From: Frankiaceae bacterium
GTDB lineage: Bacteria > Actinomycetota > Actinomycetes > BP-191
Direction of reading: 5' to 3'
Assembly (NCBI GenBank): GCA_035556555.1
Contig: DATMES010000059.1
Location: forward strand, 12,054 to 76,053
Length of the DNA: 64,000 nt
Shown: positions 1-8,995 of the stretch, in pieces
Layout of the letters: the number at the start of each line of letters is the position of its first letter
Numbering within the stretch: the stretch's first letter is position 1
Translations under genes and position numbers: made by a program
Notes under the pieces: model-generated
Told to the model about the DNA's origin: nothing
The model's input: only the letters and a program-made list of their open reading frames with translations
Database searches by the model: none

Positions 1-95
1 ACCGTTCTACTACTTGCTACTGAACTAGTAGGAAGACGGTATCTTGCTACTGATCTGGTAGCAACTAGTAGAACGCTAGTAGTTAGTCCGCGACG
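1..95. repeat. AT-rich, CTAG-rich short-repeat cluster at the window edge (repeated CTTGCTACTGA and AACTAGTAG units plus short palindromes), sitting 3' of map
   Basis: Seen directly. GC drops sharply against the ~72% background. CTTGCTACTGA occurs twice and ACTAGTAG three times. ttgctac-tgatctg-gtagcaa forms a 7-bp hairpin. The window starts here, so the element may be truncated. Confidence 0.5.
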
Positions 96-1105
96 GTCAG
101 GACGTCGGCGCCGGTGTCGGTCACGACGAGGGTGTGCTCGAACTGCGCCGTACGGCGGCCGTCCACCGTGACCGCGGTCCAGCCGTCGTCCCACATCCGG
201 TGCTCCCACGCGCCCATCGTGATCATGGGCTCGATGGTGAACGTCATCCCCGGCAGCAGCACGGTCGTCGCGCTCGGGTCGTAGTAGTGCGGGATCTGCG
301 GGTCGGCGTGGAACGTCGTCCCGATCCCGTGCCCCACGAACGCCCGCACCACGCCGTAGCCGTTGGCCTCGGCGTGCGTCTGGATGGCGCGCCCGATGTC
401 GCGGACCATCCCGCCTGGGCGAACCGCCGCGATGCCGAGGTCGAGGCACTCGCGGGTCACCTCGACGAGCCGGCGCGACTCCTCGTCCACGTCCCCGCAG
501 AGGAACGTCGCGTTGGTGTCGCCGTGCACCCCGTCGAGGAAGATCGTGACGTCGCAGTTGACGATGTCGCCGTCGCGCAGCACGGTCGAGTCGGGGATGC
601 CGTGGCAGATGACCTCGTTGACGCTGGTGCACAGCGACTTCGGGTAGCCCTGGTAGTTGAGCGGGCTGGGGTAGCCGCCGCGACGTACGCACTCCTCGTG
701 CGCGATCGCGTCGAGCTCGTCGGTCGTCACACCGGGCCGTACGGCAGCACCGACGATCGCGAGGACCTCCGCCGCGGCACGTCCAGCGCGGCGCATGCGC
801 TCGATCTCGTCGGGCGTCTTCGGCTTGGCGGAGACGCGGGTACGGCTCGGCCGCCCGCTCTCGGCGTACTCGGGCCGGCCGATGTGTGCCGGCACCTCGC
901 GGCGCGGCGACAGCCTGCCGGGACGCACGCGTACGGCGGCGGCAGCGGCGGCGGCCTTCGCGGCGGCAGTGGCCGGGTCGAGGTCGGCGAGGCGGTGGCA
1001 GCGCTTGTACTTGCGGCCGCTGCCACACCAGCAGACGTCGTTGGCGCTGAGGGTCTGTGTGGTCATCAGGGCAACAGCGTAACTACGCGCGGCCCTGCAG
1101 GGCAC
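83..1105 (-). CDS. map: Type I methionine aminopeptidase with an N-terminal SEC-C zinc-finger motif
   Basis: 340-aa [16 protein letters not shown] near the N-terminus is a SEC-C motif. The rest shows the MetAP fold and metal-ligand regions ([16 protein letters not shown]...). Confidence 0.9.
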   Translation of the reverse strand: MPCRAARSYAVALMTTQTLSANDVCWCGSGRKYKRCHRLADLDPATAAAKAAAAAAAVRVRPGRLSPRREVPAHIGRPEYAESGRPSRTRVSAKPKTPDEIERMRRAGRAAAEVLAIVGAAVRPGVTTDELDAIAHEECVRRGGYPSPLNYQGYPKSLCTSVNEVICHGIPDSTVLRDGDIVNCDVTIFLDGVHGDTNATFLCGDVDEESRRLVEVTRECLDLGIAAVRPGGMVRDIGRAIQTHAEANGYGVVRAFVGHGIGTTFHADPQIPHYYDPSATTVLLPGMTFTIEPMITMGAWEHRMWDDGWTAVTVDGRRTAQFEHTLVVTDTGADVLTVAD

Positions 1106-1985
1106 GTCTACGCCGATACGCGAGCCCGGCCATCACGCCCCCGGCCACGGCGCCGAGGCCCGCGGCGGTCGGCACGCCGATGAGGATCGCCTTGCGCCCG
1201 GTACGGAAGTCACGGACCTCCCAGCCCCGCTCGCGCGCGACGTCGCGCAGCTCGCCGTCGGGGTTGACGGCCACGGCATGGCCTACGACGGAGAGCATCG
1301 GGATGTCGTTGGCGGAGTCGCTGTACGCCGTGCACCGCGCGAGGTCGAGACCCTCGCGCTCGGCGAGCGCGCGCACCGCCTCGGCCTTCGCGGGCCCGTG
1401 CAGCGGCTCGCCGACGAGCCGGCCCGTGTACCGCCCGTCGCGCACCTCGCTGACGGTCCCCAGCGCGCCGGTGAGCCCGAGCCGCCGCGAGATGATCGTG
1501 GCGAGCTCGACGGGCGTGGCGGTGACGAGCCAGACGCGCTGTCCCTCGTCGAGGTGGAGCTGCGCGAGCGCGCGGGTGCCGGAGTAGATCCGCCCCGCCA
1601 TGAGCTCGTCGTAGATCTCCTCGCCGTACGCCACGATCTCGCCGACCTCACGGCCCGCCACGAAACCGAGCGCCGCCTCGCGCGCCTCGAGCATCGCGCC
1701 GTGCTGCTCGGTCCCGCTGAGCCGGAACCACAGCTGGTGCCACGCGAACCCCAGCAGGTCGCGGGTGGTGATGAGCTTGCGGCCGACGAGGCCCTTGGCG
1801 AAGTGGTAGATCGAAGCGCCGACCATCATCGTGTTGTCGCAGTCGAAGAACGCCGCCGCGGTCGGGTCGGGCGGCACGGTGAGCGCCGTCTCGACCTCGG
1901 CGGCCGCCGCGGAGGCGGCACCGGTGAGGACGTGCGTGACCTCCTCGTCCTCCGGCTTCCGCTTGCGGCTCCACATGATCGGCAA
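1083..1985 (-). CDS. HAD-IB family hydrolase (SerB-like phosphatase fold) with a C-terminal hydrophobic segment
   Basis: FFDCDNTMM matches HAD motif I (DxDxT). The ORF has a downstream [10 protein letters not shown] motif and a C-terminal TM-like stretch. Confidence 0.7.
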   Translation of the reverse strand: MPIMWSRKRKPEDEEVTHVLTGAASAAAAEVETALTVPPDPTAAAFFDCDNTMMVGASIYHFAKGLVGRKLITTRDLLGFAWHQLWFRLSGTEQHGAMLEAREAALGFVAGREVGEIVAYGEEIYDELMAGRIYSGTRALAQLHLDEGQRVWLVTATPVELATIISRRLGLTGALGTVSEVRDGRYTGRLVGEPLHGPAKAEAVRALAEREGLDLARCTAYSDSANDIPMLSVVGHAVAVNPDGELRDVARERGWEVRDFRTGRKAILIGVPTAAGLGAVAGGVMAGLAYRRRRALQGRA

Positions 1986-2069
1986 CGCTATCGGGTGGTC
2001 CGGGCAAAGCCGAAGGCCCCCCGCTTGCGCGGGGGGCCTTCGGTCGGAGGAGCGGGTGTGACGGGTGCC

Positions 2070-3509
2070 TTACGCCTCGACGGTGCGGCGGCGGCGGGCG
2101 ACGAGCGCGACACCGGCGAGGCCCGTGCCGAGGACCGCGAAGAGCGGGAGCTCCACACCGGTGCGGGCGAGCGGGGTCTTCTCCGGGGTCTTGACGGTCG
2201 GCGGGGTCACCTTGGTCGGCGGGTTGCCCTTGGGCGAGACCGCCGCGTTGACCGCGGTGCCGGCCGGGACCAGCTGGACCATCACCAGCGGCTTGGCGGC
2301 CTTGAGCGGGTTGACGATGATGCCAACGCCCTCGCTGCTGCTGCGGGCGAACTTGCCGTCCGGGTCGACGACCTTCTCGGTGGCGCCGTTGACGATCTGG
2401 ACGCCGGCCGTGGCGAGCACGCCGTTGACCGCGGTGATGACGTCCTGGACCGCGTCCTTCGCGACGTCGGGGAGGGCGTTGCCGAGGACGGTGCCCTCGA
2501 GGCCGTTCGACGTGAGCTTCAGGTCGAGGACGTCCGCGACCTTGAGGCCGAGGATGGTCGTCAGGGTGTCGGCCGCGGCCGCGCCCTTGCTGCCGTTCGC
2601 CGAGGAGACCGACTCGGTCTTGACGGCGTCGACCTTGACCAGGTCACCGAGGATCGACAGGCCGCCGACCTCGGAGGTCGCCTTGGAGGTGACCATGGAG
2701 CCGGCGCGGGTGATGTGCTCGGTGGACTTGAGCAGGCCCAGCTCGACCAGGTTGGTGTCGGCGCCGAGGTTGGCGATGGTCTCCTGGAGGGCGTCGAGCA
2801 GCGCGGTGAGCTGCGCCTTGACGGCCTCGACCTGCTGGACGACCGGGGCGGCCGCACCCTGCGTGGCCTCGTCGAGGATGCTCAGCGCGTTGTCGACGAC
2901 GCCGGTGACGGTGCCCTCGGCCTCGTCGACCGTGCCGTTCAGCGTCTCGATGACGCCGGCGAGGTCGGCCTTCAGGGGCAGGTCCGCCGGCAGGCCGGCG
3001 AGGCCGACCGTGAGGTTGGCGAGCGAGGCGCTGGAGGACGAGGTGAGGCCGGTGGTGGCCGTGTCGGGGAGCACGCTGGAGGTGAGCTCGCCGATGCCGA
3101 CCTTGATGAGGCCGAGGTCCTGGGCGAGGATCGAGTCGGTGTCGGTGGCCTTGCCGTCGAGGCTGGACTGCACCGCGAGGCCGAGCGCGTCCGAGAGGGC
3201 GACGACGTTGCCGTTGCCGAGGACGGCCTTGGCGACCGAGGTGGTCGTCGGCGCGATGCCCTTGGCGGTGTTGCCCTCGGTGAACGAGATGTCCTGCGTC
3301 AGCGACGTGATGTCGCCGAGCACGGGCAGGTTCACCGGCTGGGGCAGGTTGATCTCCAGGTGGATCGCGGTACCGCGCGCCGTGCCGCCGAACACGTCGG
3401 GAACGGCGACGGGGGCCGCGCCGGCCTGACCCGTGGCCGCTACGACGAGGGTGCCGGTGGCGAGGGCGAGAGCGGTGAGCCGCGCCCCCCGGCTGTTGTA
3501 CTTGGCCAT
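2070..3509 (-). CDS. Secreted cell-wall-anchored surface protein, a sortase substrate with a LARTG sorting signal
   Basis: N-terminal signal peptide (MAKYNSRGARLTALALATGTLVVAATGQAGA). Long Ala/Thr/Leu/Asp-rich body. C-terminal LARTG, then a hydrophobic stretch and an RRRR tail, the classic actinobacterial LAxTG sorting signal. Start taken at the internal Met (ORF 2070..3599). Confidence 0.65.
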   Translation of the reverse strand: MAKYNSRGARLTALALATGTLVVAATGQAGAAPVAVPDVFGGTARGTAIHLEINLPQPVNLPVLGDITSLTQDISFTEGNTAKGIAPTTTSVAKAVLGNGNVVALSDALGLAVQSSLDGKATDTDSILAQDLGLIKVGIGELTSSVLPDTATTGLTSSSSASLANLTVGLAGLPADLPLKADLAGVIETLNGTVDEAEGTVTGVVDNALSILDEATQGAAAPVVQQVEAVKAQLTALLDALQETIANLGADTNLVELGLLKSTEHITRAGSMVTSKATSEVGGLSILGDLVKVDAVKTESVSSANGSKGAAAADTLTTILGLKVADVLDLKLTSNGLEGTVLGNALPDVAKDAVQDVITAVNGVLATAGVQIVNGATEKVVDPDGKFARSSSEGVGIIVNPLKAAKPLVMVQLVPAGTAVNAAVSPKGNPPTKVTPPTVKTPEKTPLARTGVELPLFAVLGTGLAGVALVARRRRTVEA

Positions 3510-3768
3510 TCCCGACCTCCGAGTGTTGCCGGCTATCCCCAGCCAGCGCCTGATGAACGTGTGTATGTCGTCGTGTGGGTGGTACGACGTAGCCAACAAC
3601 GACTAGTTAGTCGTCGGGGTTACGGGTCCCCTTGAGGTTTTTTCCTGGGCAACTACCCCCGATCCGGGACGAACCGGACACGCATGGTAACTCAGCGTGA
3701 CCAGTGGGTCAGGGACCTTGGTCCCGTATCGGACGGTTCCCGGGAAAGGTTGAGCCGCGGACGAGCGG

Positions 3769-4995
3769 CTACTGGCCGGGCACCAGCGGCGCGGTGACGC
3801 CCGGCAGCGGCGGGATCGTCGGCAGCGGGGTCGGGAGGACTTCCTCGACCTCCTCGATGACGTCCTGCAGCGGCGACGCGACCGGCGTCGGCACCTGCGA
3901 CGGCACCGGGTAGCGCGACTTCGTCGGCGACGGCGTCGACGGGCTCGGCGACGGGGAGTTGGTCGGCGGCGGGTCGCTCGGCGCCGGCGGGTCGCTCGGC
4001 GGGGCCTGCTCGGACGGCGACGGGGTCGGCTCCGGCGTGGGCTCCGCGCCCGGGTCACCTGGGCAGGTGCACGGCACGGGGCCGAGGTCGTCGTACGTCG
4101 GCGTGGCCACCGGCGTCGGCGGCGTGGTGGCGCCGGGCGACGGGGCGACGGGCTTGAGGGCGGCGCAGTTCTCCGCGCCGCAGGTGCCGACCGCGATGAG
4201 CTGGGTGGCGCGCAGGTGGAGGTTGCTGACGAGCGAGAGCGAGGCCTCCGCGTCGTCGTACGCCTCCGCGGGCAGCGCGCTGATGACGGCGCCGAGGTGC
4301 TCGCGCTGGCGCGCGGTGAACTCCTGGACGTGGCGCAGCACGGCCTCGTCCTGCTCCTGGGTGTACGCCTCGAAGAGCAGGCGCGTGCCGTCGCGGGTCG
4401 AGTCGTCCATGGCGTGCAGGCCCTCGGCGACGCGGGCGGACTTGCTGCCTCCGAACGCCACCGTGATCTGCCCGGGACCGGTCGGCGCCGGCCCGAGCGC
4501 GATGTCCTCGCCGACGATCCGCGCGACCTCGTGCAGGCGGGTCTCGGCGTGCTGGAGGTGGCGCTTGCCGCGGTTGACCTCGTTGCGCGCCAGGCTGAGC
4601 TGGACGCCCTCGGCGCTGCGCTTCATGCCGTACAGCGCGTCGCCGGGTACGGAGCGGCTGGCGCCGACGCTGACACCGGTGAGGGCGACGACGCCGGCCA
4701 TGGAGGCGGCCGCGACCTGCATCGCGCGCTGGACGCGCCAGCCCTCGACCCACGTACGAGCGCGGTCGACGGGGCTCGGGACGGCGGCGGGCGAGGGCGC
4801 GACGGTGGCGACGGCGAGGAGGCGCTGGCGCAGCGTGTCGCGGAAGTCGGGGGCGGCCGCGAGCGGCACGGCCTGGAGGCCCTGCGCGAGGCTCAGCAGG
4901 GGCGCCAGGGCCGGGTCACGGCGCGCGGAGGCGACGCCACTGCCCTCGAGGGCGGCGGCGAACTCCTCTGCCAGACGAGCCGAACGGCGCATCAC
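3769..4995 (-). CDS. Membrane anti-sigma factor (DUF5667-like) with a Pro/Ser-rich C-terminal tail, cognate to the upstream ECF sigma
   Basis: Lies immediately downstream of the ECF sigma gene on the same strand. Has a single TM (AMQVAAASMAGVVALTGVSVGA) and a proline-rich C-terminus. Confidence 0.6.
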   Translation of the reverse strand: MMRRSARLAEEFAAALEGSGVASARRDPALAPLLSLAQGLQAVPLAAAPDFRDTLRQRLLAVATVAPSPAAVPSPVDRARTWVEGWRVQRAMQVAAASMAGVVALTGVSVGASRSVPGDALYGMKRSAEGVQLSLARNEVNRGKRHLQHAETRLHEVARIVGEDIALGPAPTGPGQITVAFGGSKSARVAEGLHAMDDSTRDGTRLLFEAYTQEQDEAVLRHVQEFTARQREHLGAVISALPAEAYDDAEASLSLVSNLHLRATQLIAVGTCGAENCAALKPVAPSPGATTPPTPVATPTYDDLGPVPCTCPGDPGAEPTPEPTPSPSEQAPPSDPPAPSDPPPTNSPSPSPSTPSPTKSRYPVPSQVPTPVASPLQDVIEEVEEVLPTPLPTIPPLPGVTAPLVPGQ

Positions 4996-5083
4996 CGGAG
5001 TGCCTCCTTCCGCATGCCCAACGACCTCGACACCGGAGAGTTACGGGAAGGTCGCGGGGATTCCTGCCGATGTGCACGGAGCG

Positions 5084-5818
5084 TCACAACATCAGCTCCT
5101 TCGGCAGCATCCGTCCCAGGGTGCGGACGGCGCGGTACTGCAGCGCCTTGATCGCGCCCTCGGACTTGTTCATGGCCTGGGCGGTCTCCAGGACCGACAT
5201 GCCCTGGAGGAACCGGAGCACGACGCACTCCATCTGCTCGTCGTTGAGCTTCTTGACGGCGTCGAGGAGGGCGGCGTTCGTGATGCCGTCGAGTACCTCG
5301 GACTCGATGCCCTCGTCGGCGCGGTCGGCGTCGATCATGTCCGCGGTCGAGACCTCGAGGCGGAACCGGCCGGACTTGTAGTGGTCGGCGATGATGTTGC
5401 GCGCGATCGTGATGAGCCACGCCGCGAAGTCGCGGCCCTGCCACTCGAACGTCCCGATGCGGCGCAGCGCCCGGAGGAACGTCTCGCTCACGAGGTCCTC
5501 GGCGAGCGCCTTGCCGCCGACGCGGTAGTAGACGTAGCGGTAGACGAGGTCGAGGTAGCGGTCGTACAGCTCCCCGAACGCCTCCGCGTCGCCCTGCTGT
5601 GCCTTGCGCACCAGCGCGACGACGTCGGGGCCGGCGCCGGACTCGTCGCCCGAGGGGAGCGTCACGTCGGGGCGCAGGGGGACGACGTTGCCGAACGACC
5701 CCAGGCCCGGCAACGGACGGCCAGGACCCTCGGCGAACGCGTTCGGCTCCGTGTGGAAGCGGACCAGCTCGGCGCGCAGGTCGTCGAGACCGCCGAGGCG
5801 GTTGCGGGGGCGGCTCAC
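5084..5818 (-). CDS. ECF (group IV) RNA polymerase sigma factor with an N-terminal extension (SigE-like)
   Basis: Sigma-70 region 2 (LVRKAQQGDAEAFGELYDRYLDLVYRYVYYRV...FAAWLITIARN) and region 4 (ECVVLRFLQGMSVLETAQAMNKSEGAIKALQYRAVRTL). Confidence 0.85.
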   Translation of the reverse strand: MSRPRNRLGGLDDLRAELVRFHTEPNAFAEGPGRPLPGLGSFGNVVPLRPDVTLPSGDESGAGPDVVALVRKAQQGDAEAFGELYDRYLDLVYRYVYYRVGGKALAEDLVSETFLRALRRIGTFEWQGRDFAAWLITIARNIIADHYKSGRFRLEVSTADMIDADRADEGIESEVLDGITNAALLDAVKKLNDEQMECVVLRFLQGMSVLETAQAMNKSEGAIKALQYRAVRTLGRMLPKELML

Positions 5819-6058
5819 CGGGTCACCCGTTCAGCCGCAGGACCTGGATCCCCGCGGCCACGAGGATGACGAGCGCGAGCAGCAGCACGCCGACGGCGGT
5901 CTGCGTGCGCATCGCGGCGCCTCCCTGGCGGGCGGGAAATCTGGGACTGGTCAGCCATGGTGAGGCCTTTGGTCACTCTTCGTCCAGAATCGGACAACTC
6001 AGAGTGTCGGGTGTCGCGGGACGTGCCTTGAGTGAACGGCGTGACGGACCGGCCTGCG

Positions 6059-6439
6059 CTACGCGTCGCCGGCGAGCTCGAGGGTCAGCCGGGAGATCTG
6101 GCGTTCGAGCTCGGGGAGGCCGTCGATCTTGCCCAGGCAGAGCGTGACGCCGACCTCCTTGGCCTGCGCCTCGATGACCGGGTCGAGGTACGCCGTGTAG
6201 AGGATGACCGCCTGGGTCGGGCGGGTCTCCTTGATGCGGCGCGTGCTCTCGAGCCCGTCGGTGCCCGGCATCTTCAGATCCATGACGATGACGTCCGGGT
6301 CGGCCTCGATGGCCAGGGCTACGGCCTCGTCGCCGTTGGCCGCCTGCGCCACGACCTCGAACCCGTCGAGCTCCAGCATCTCGGCCAGCATCGTGCGGAC
6401 GTGGTCCGTGTCGTCCACAACCATGACCCGCACGGCCAT
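6059..6439 (-). CDS. Single-domain response regulator (CheY-like receiver)
   Basis: 126 aa. MVVDDTDHVRTML...VIVMDLKMPGTDGLEST...ILYTAY is a receiver domain with the phospho-acceptor Asp. No output domain. Confidence 0.8.
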   Translation of the reverse strand: MAVRVMVVDDTDHVRTMLAEMLELDGFEVVAQAANGDEAVALAIEADPDVIVMDLKMPGTDGLESTRRIKETRPTQAVILYTAYLDPVIEAQAKEVGVTLCLGKIDGLPELERQISRLTLELAGDA

Positions 6440-6473
6440 CGGCTTGTCACACCTCCGTCGTACTCTTCGTCAC

Positions 6474-8702
6474 GTGGCCCAGACTCTCGCGCCTCGCGCG
6501 GCCGGTGGCAACCCCGGTCGCGGGCGCGGTCGCGCGCGCCGCCGCGGCAGGCGGTTCCCGTTCGTGCGCTGGACGCTGCTCGCGGCGGTGGTCGGGCTGC
6601 TGTCGTTCGTCGGCGGGCTGCTCGCCGCGCCGATCGACCTGACCGTGCCCGCGCGGCTGCCCGCCGCCCTGCTGCTCGACGCCAACGAGCGCTACTTCGC
6701 CTCCATCCGCGCGCCCGAGATCCGCGAGGACGTACCCGCCTCCGACATCCCGCAGGCGATGCGGCTCGCGATCATCGCCGCGGAGGACGAACGGTTCCTC
6801 TCGCACAAGGGCGTCGACCCGATCGCGATCATGCGGGCCGGCTACCGCGACATCGTCAACGACTCCCGGCAGGGCGGGTCGACGATCACGCAGCAGTACG
6901 TCAAGAACATCTACGTCGGCCGCGAGCGCACGTACATGCGGAAGATGCGCGAGGCCGCGGTGGCGTACCGCGCGGAGAAGAAGTTCGGCAAGGAAGAGAT
7001 CCTCATCCGCTACCTGAACTCCGTGTACCTCGGCAACGGCACGTACGGCGTGCAGGCCGCGAGCAAGTACTACTTCGGCGTGCCCATCAAGGACCTCGCG
7101 CTGCGCAAGGCGACGGGGGAGCGTTCGGAGACGCTGGAGCTGGCCCGCGCGGCGATCCTCGCCGGCATCGTCGCGGCACCGTCGAAGTACAACCCCGTCC
7201 ACGACATGACGCTCGCGAAGCAGCGGCAGTTCTACACGCTCGAGCGCATGAGCAAGAACGCCTTCATCACGCCGATCCAGGCCTCGCAGGCGTACCGCCA
7301 GCCGCTGGTGCTGGCCAAGCTGCGACCGCCGGCGGAGGCGACCGAGGCGCCGCTGTTCACCGACATGGTCACCGCGGAGCTGAAGGAGACGCTGCCCGAC
7401 GACGACCTCTACCGCGGCGGCCTGCGCATCAAGACGACGCTCGACCTGCTCATGCAGCGGGCGATGGAGCAGTCGGTCTTCGCGGCGCTCCCAGGGCTGA
7501 ATCCCGCGACGCCGAACGACACCGACCCCGACGCGGCGGTCGTCGCGATCGACCCGCGCAACGGCGACCTCAAGGCCGTCTACGCCTCCCGCTACACCCG
7601 CGGCGGTTTCAACACCGCGACCCAGGGCGGGCTGCAGACCGGGTCGGCGATCAAGCCGTTCACCCTCGCCGCCGCGCTCATGAACGGCAGGACGCTCGAC
7701 ACGGTCTACCAGGCGTCCACGTGCACGACCGTGCCGCACACGCCGCAGCCGTACCGGTTCTGCAACGCCGAGCGCGGCGAGACCGGCGGCTACACGCTGC
7801 GCCGCGCGCTCGCGGCCTCGGTCAACACCGTCTACGGCCGCCTCGCGCACGACGTCGGCCGCGCCAAGGTCAAGAAGGTCGCCGTCGACGCAGGCATGGG
7901 CCCGGCGCGCGGCATCGGCACCAACCCCGCCATGGCGCTCGGTGCGGTGTCGGTCACGCCGCTGTCGGTGGCGAAGGCGTACGCCACGCTCGCCGCGGGC
8001 GGCCGGCGCCACGACGTCCGCCTCATCCTCGAGGAGCGTCGCGACGCCGACACGAAGAAGACGTTCAGCGGCATCGAGGTATTCAAGGCGCCCGCGCGGC
8101 CGCGCGGCCGGCAGGTCATCCCCAAGCCCGTCGCCGACCAGGTCGTCGAGGCGATGTACGACGTCGTCGAGCGCGGCACCGGGGGCGGCGCCGCGGTGCC
8201 CGGCAAGCGGGTCTTCGGCAAGACCGGGACGACGAACAACTTCACGAACGCGTGGTTCGCGGGCTGCGTGCCCGAGCTCTGCGTCGTGACGTGGATGGGC
8301 TACAAGAACGCCTCCAACAAGGAGATGCGCAGCGTCCGCGGCGTCGGTCCGGTGTTCGGCGGCACGCTGCCGGCGGCGATCTTCCGCGGCTTCTTCACGA
8401 AGTACGAGGCGCTGAAGGCGGCCGAGGCACGGTCCGAGGACGCGGTGGCGTCGGCCTCGCCGTCGGCGACGCCGTTCCGCCGCCGGCCGACGCCGGTGCG
8501 TACGGTCGCCCCGCAGCCGCGCCCGTCCACGACGCCCAGCCCGACGCCGCGGCGTACGGCCACGCCGACCGCGAGCGCGACGCCCGCGCCGAGCGAGACG
8601 CCGCCGGTGACGACGCCTCCGCCGGAGCCGACCGTGACGGCGTCGTCGACGGGCGACCCGCCGGGCGGCGGCGGCGCGACCGGCCCGCCCGCGCCTCCGT
8701 AG
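6474..8702 (+). CDS. Class A penicillin-binding protein (bifunctional transglycosylase/transpeptidase) with a Pro/Thr-rich C-terminal tail
   Basis: Glycosyltransferase-51 motifs (RLAIIAAEDERFLSHKGVD, ITQQYVKN). Transpeptidase KTGTTNN motif. N-terminal cytoplasmic Arg-rich stretch plus one TM. Start set at an in-frame GTG after the overlapping opposite-strand gene (ORF 6204..8702). Confidence 0.85.
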   Translation: MAQTLAPRAAGGNPGRGRGRARRRGRRFPFVRWTLLAAVVGLLSFVGGLLAAPIDLTVPARLPAALLLDANERYFASIRAPEIREDVPASDIPQAMRLAIIAAEDERFLSHKGVDPIAIMRAGYRDIVNDSRQGGSTITQQYVKNIYVGRERTYMRKMREAAVAYRAEKKFGKEEILIRYLNSVYLGNGTYGVQAASKYYFGVPIKDLALRKATGERSETLELARAAILAGIVAAPSKYNPVHDMTLAKQRQFYTLERMSKNAFITPIQASQAYRQPLVLAKLRPPAEATEAPLFTDMVTAELKETLPDDDLYRGGLRIKTTLDLLMQRAMEQSVFAALPGLNPATPNDTDPDAAVVAIDPRNGDLKAVYASRYTRGGFNTATQGGLQTGSAIKPFTLAAALMNGRTLDTVYQASTCTTVPHTPQPYRFCNAERGETGGYTLRRALAASVNTVYGRLAHDVGRAKVKKVAVDAGMGPARGIGTNPAMALGAVSVTPLSVAKAYATLAAGGRRHDVRLILEERRDADTKKTFSGIEVFKAPARPRGRQVIPKPVADQVVEAMYDVVERGTGGGAAVPGKRVFGKTGTTNNFTNAWFAGCVPELCVVTWMGYKNASNKEMRSVRGVGPVFGGTLPAAIFRGFFTKYEALKAAEARSEDAVASASPSATPFRRRPTPVRTVAPQPRPSTTPSPTPRRTATPTASATPAPSETPPVTTPPPEPTVTASSTGDPPGGGGATGPPAPP

Positions 8703-8721
8703 GCCCCACCCCCACGCAAAC

Positions 8722-8778
8722 GATCACCTGTGTCCCCCCGCGTACGGCGGAAAGGTCCGCCAGGGGACACAGGTGATC
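8722..8778 (+). terminator. Strong hairpin just 3' of the PBP gene (16-bp perfect stem gatcacctgtgtcccc/ggggacacaggtgatc)
   Basis: A perfect inverted repeat seen directly, about 20 nt after the stop codon. Confidence 0.5.
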
Positions 8779-8885
8779 GTTCTTCGTGCCGGGGGGTGCG
8801 GGGGTGAGCGCTAGTAGCGCTTGGCGAAACGGCCCGATGGTGGCCGAGCGTGACCGGCCGCGTCCCAGGTGAGCGCCTTCGCTCT

Positions 8886-8995
8886 GATCGGGGTGCGATC
8901 TGCGCTTTTTCCCCGCACGGCCCGCAACCCGGTTGCGAAGCCGACCCAGACGCCGTCACCGCACGTGATCATGCGCGGCGTTTCGCCAAGCCCTC
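8886..8995 (+). repeat. Copy 1 of a ~110-bp intergenic repeat family (core GATCGGGGTGCGATCTGCGCTTTTTCCCCGCACGGCCCGCAACCCGGTTGCG) in a convergent 3' intergenic region
   Basis: Near-identical ~52-bp core to the copies at ~54884 and ~61579 (the latter in reverse orientation). Looser similarity extends ~60 bp further. Confidence 0.7.

Noticed and set aside
1278-3635. 785-aa plus-strand ORF and other long ORFs overlapping the HAD and LARTG genes
   Set aside because: Antisense high-GC artefact with an Arg/Asp/Gly-rich composition. The opposite-strand genes have clear motifs.
3603-4058. Protamine-like Arg-rich 151-aa ORF
   Set aside because: An alternative frame of the proline-rich C-terminus of the anti-sigma factor gene. 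It is a compositional artefact.
6032-8776. 914-aa plus-strand ORF and 521-aa minus-strand ORF (6447-8012) overlapping the PBP gene
   Set aside because: Alternative-frame and antisense frames of the PBP gene. Only the 6474-8702 frame carries the transglycosylase and KTG motifs.
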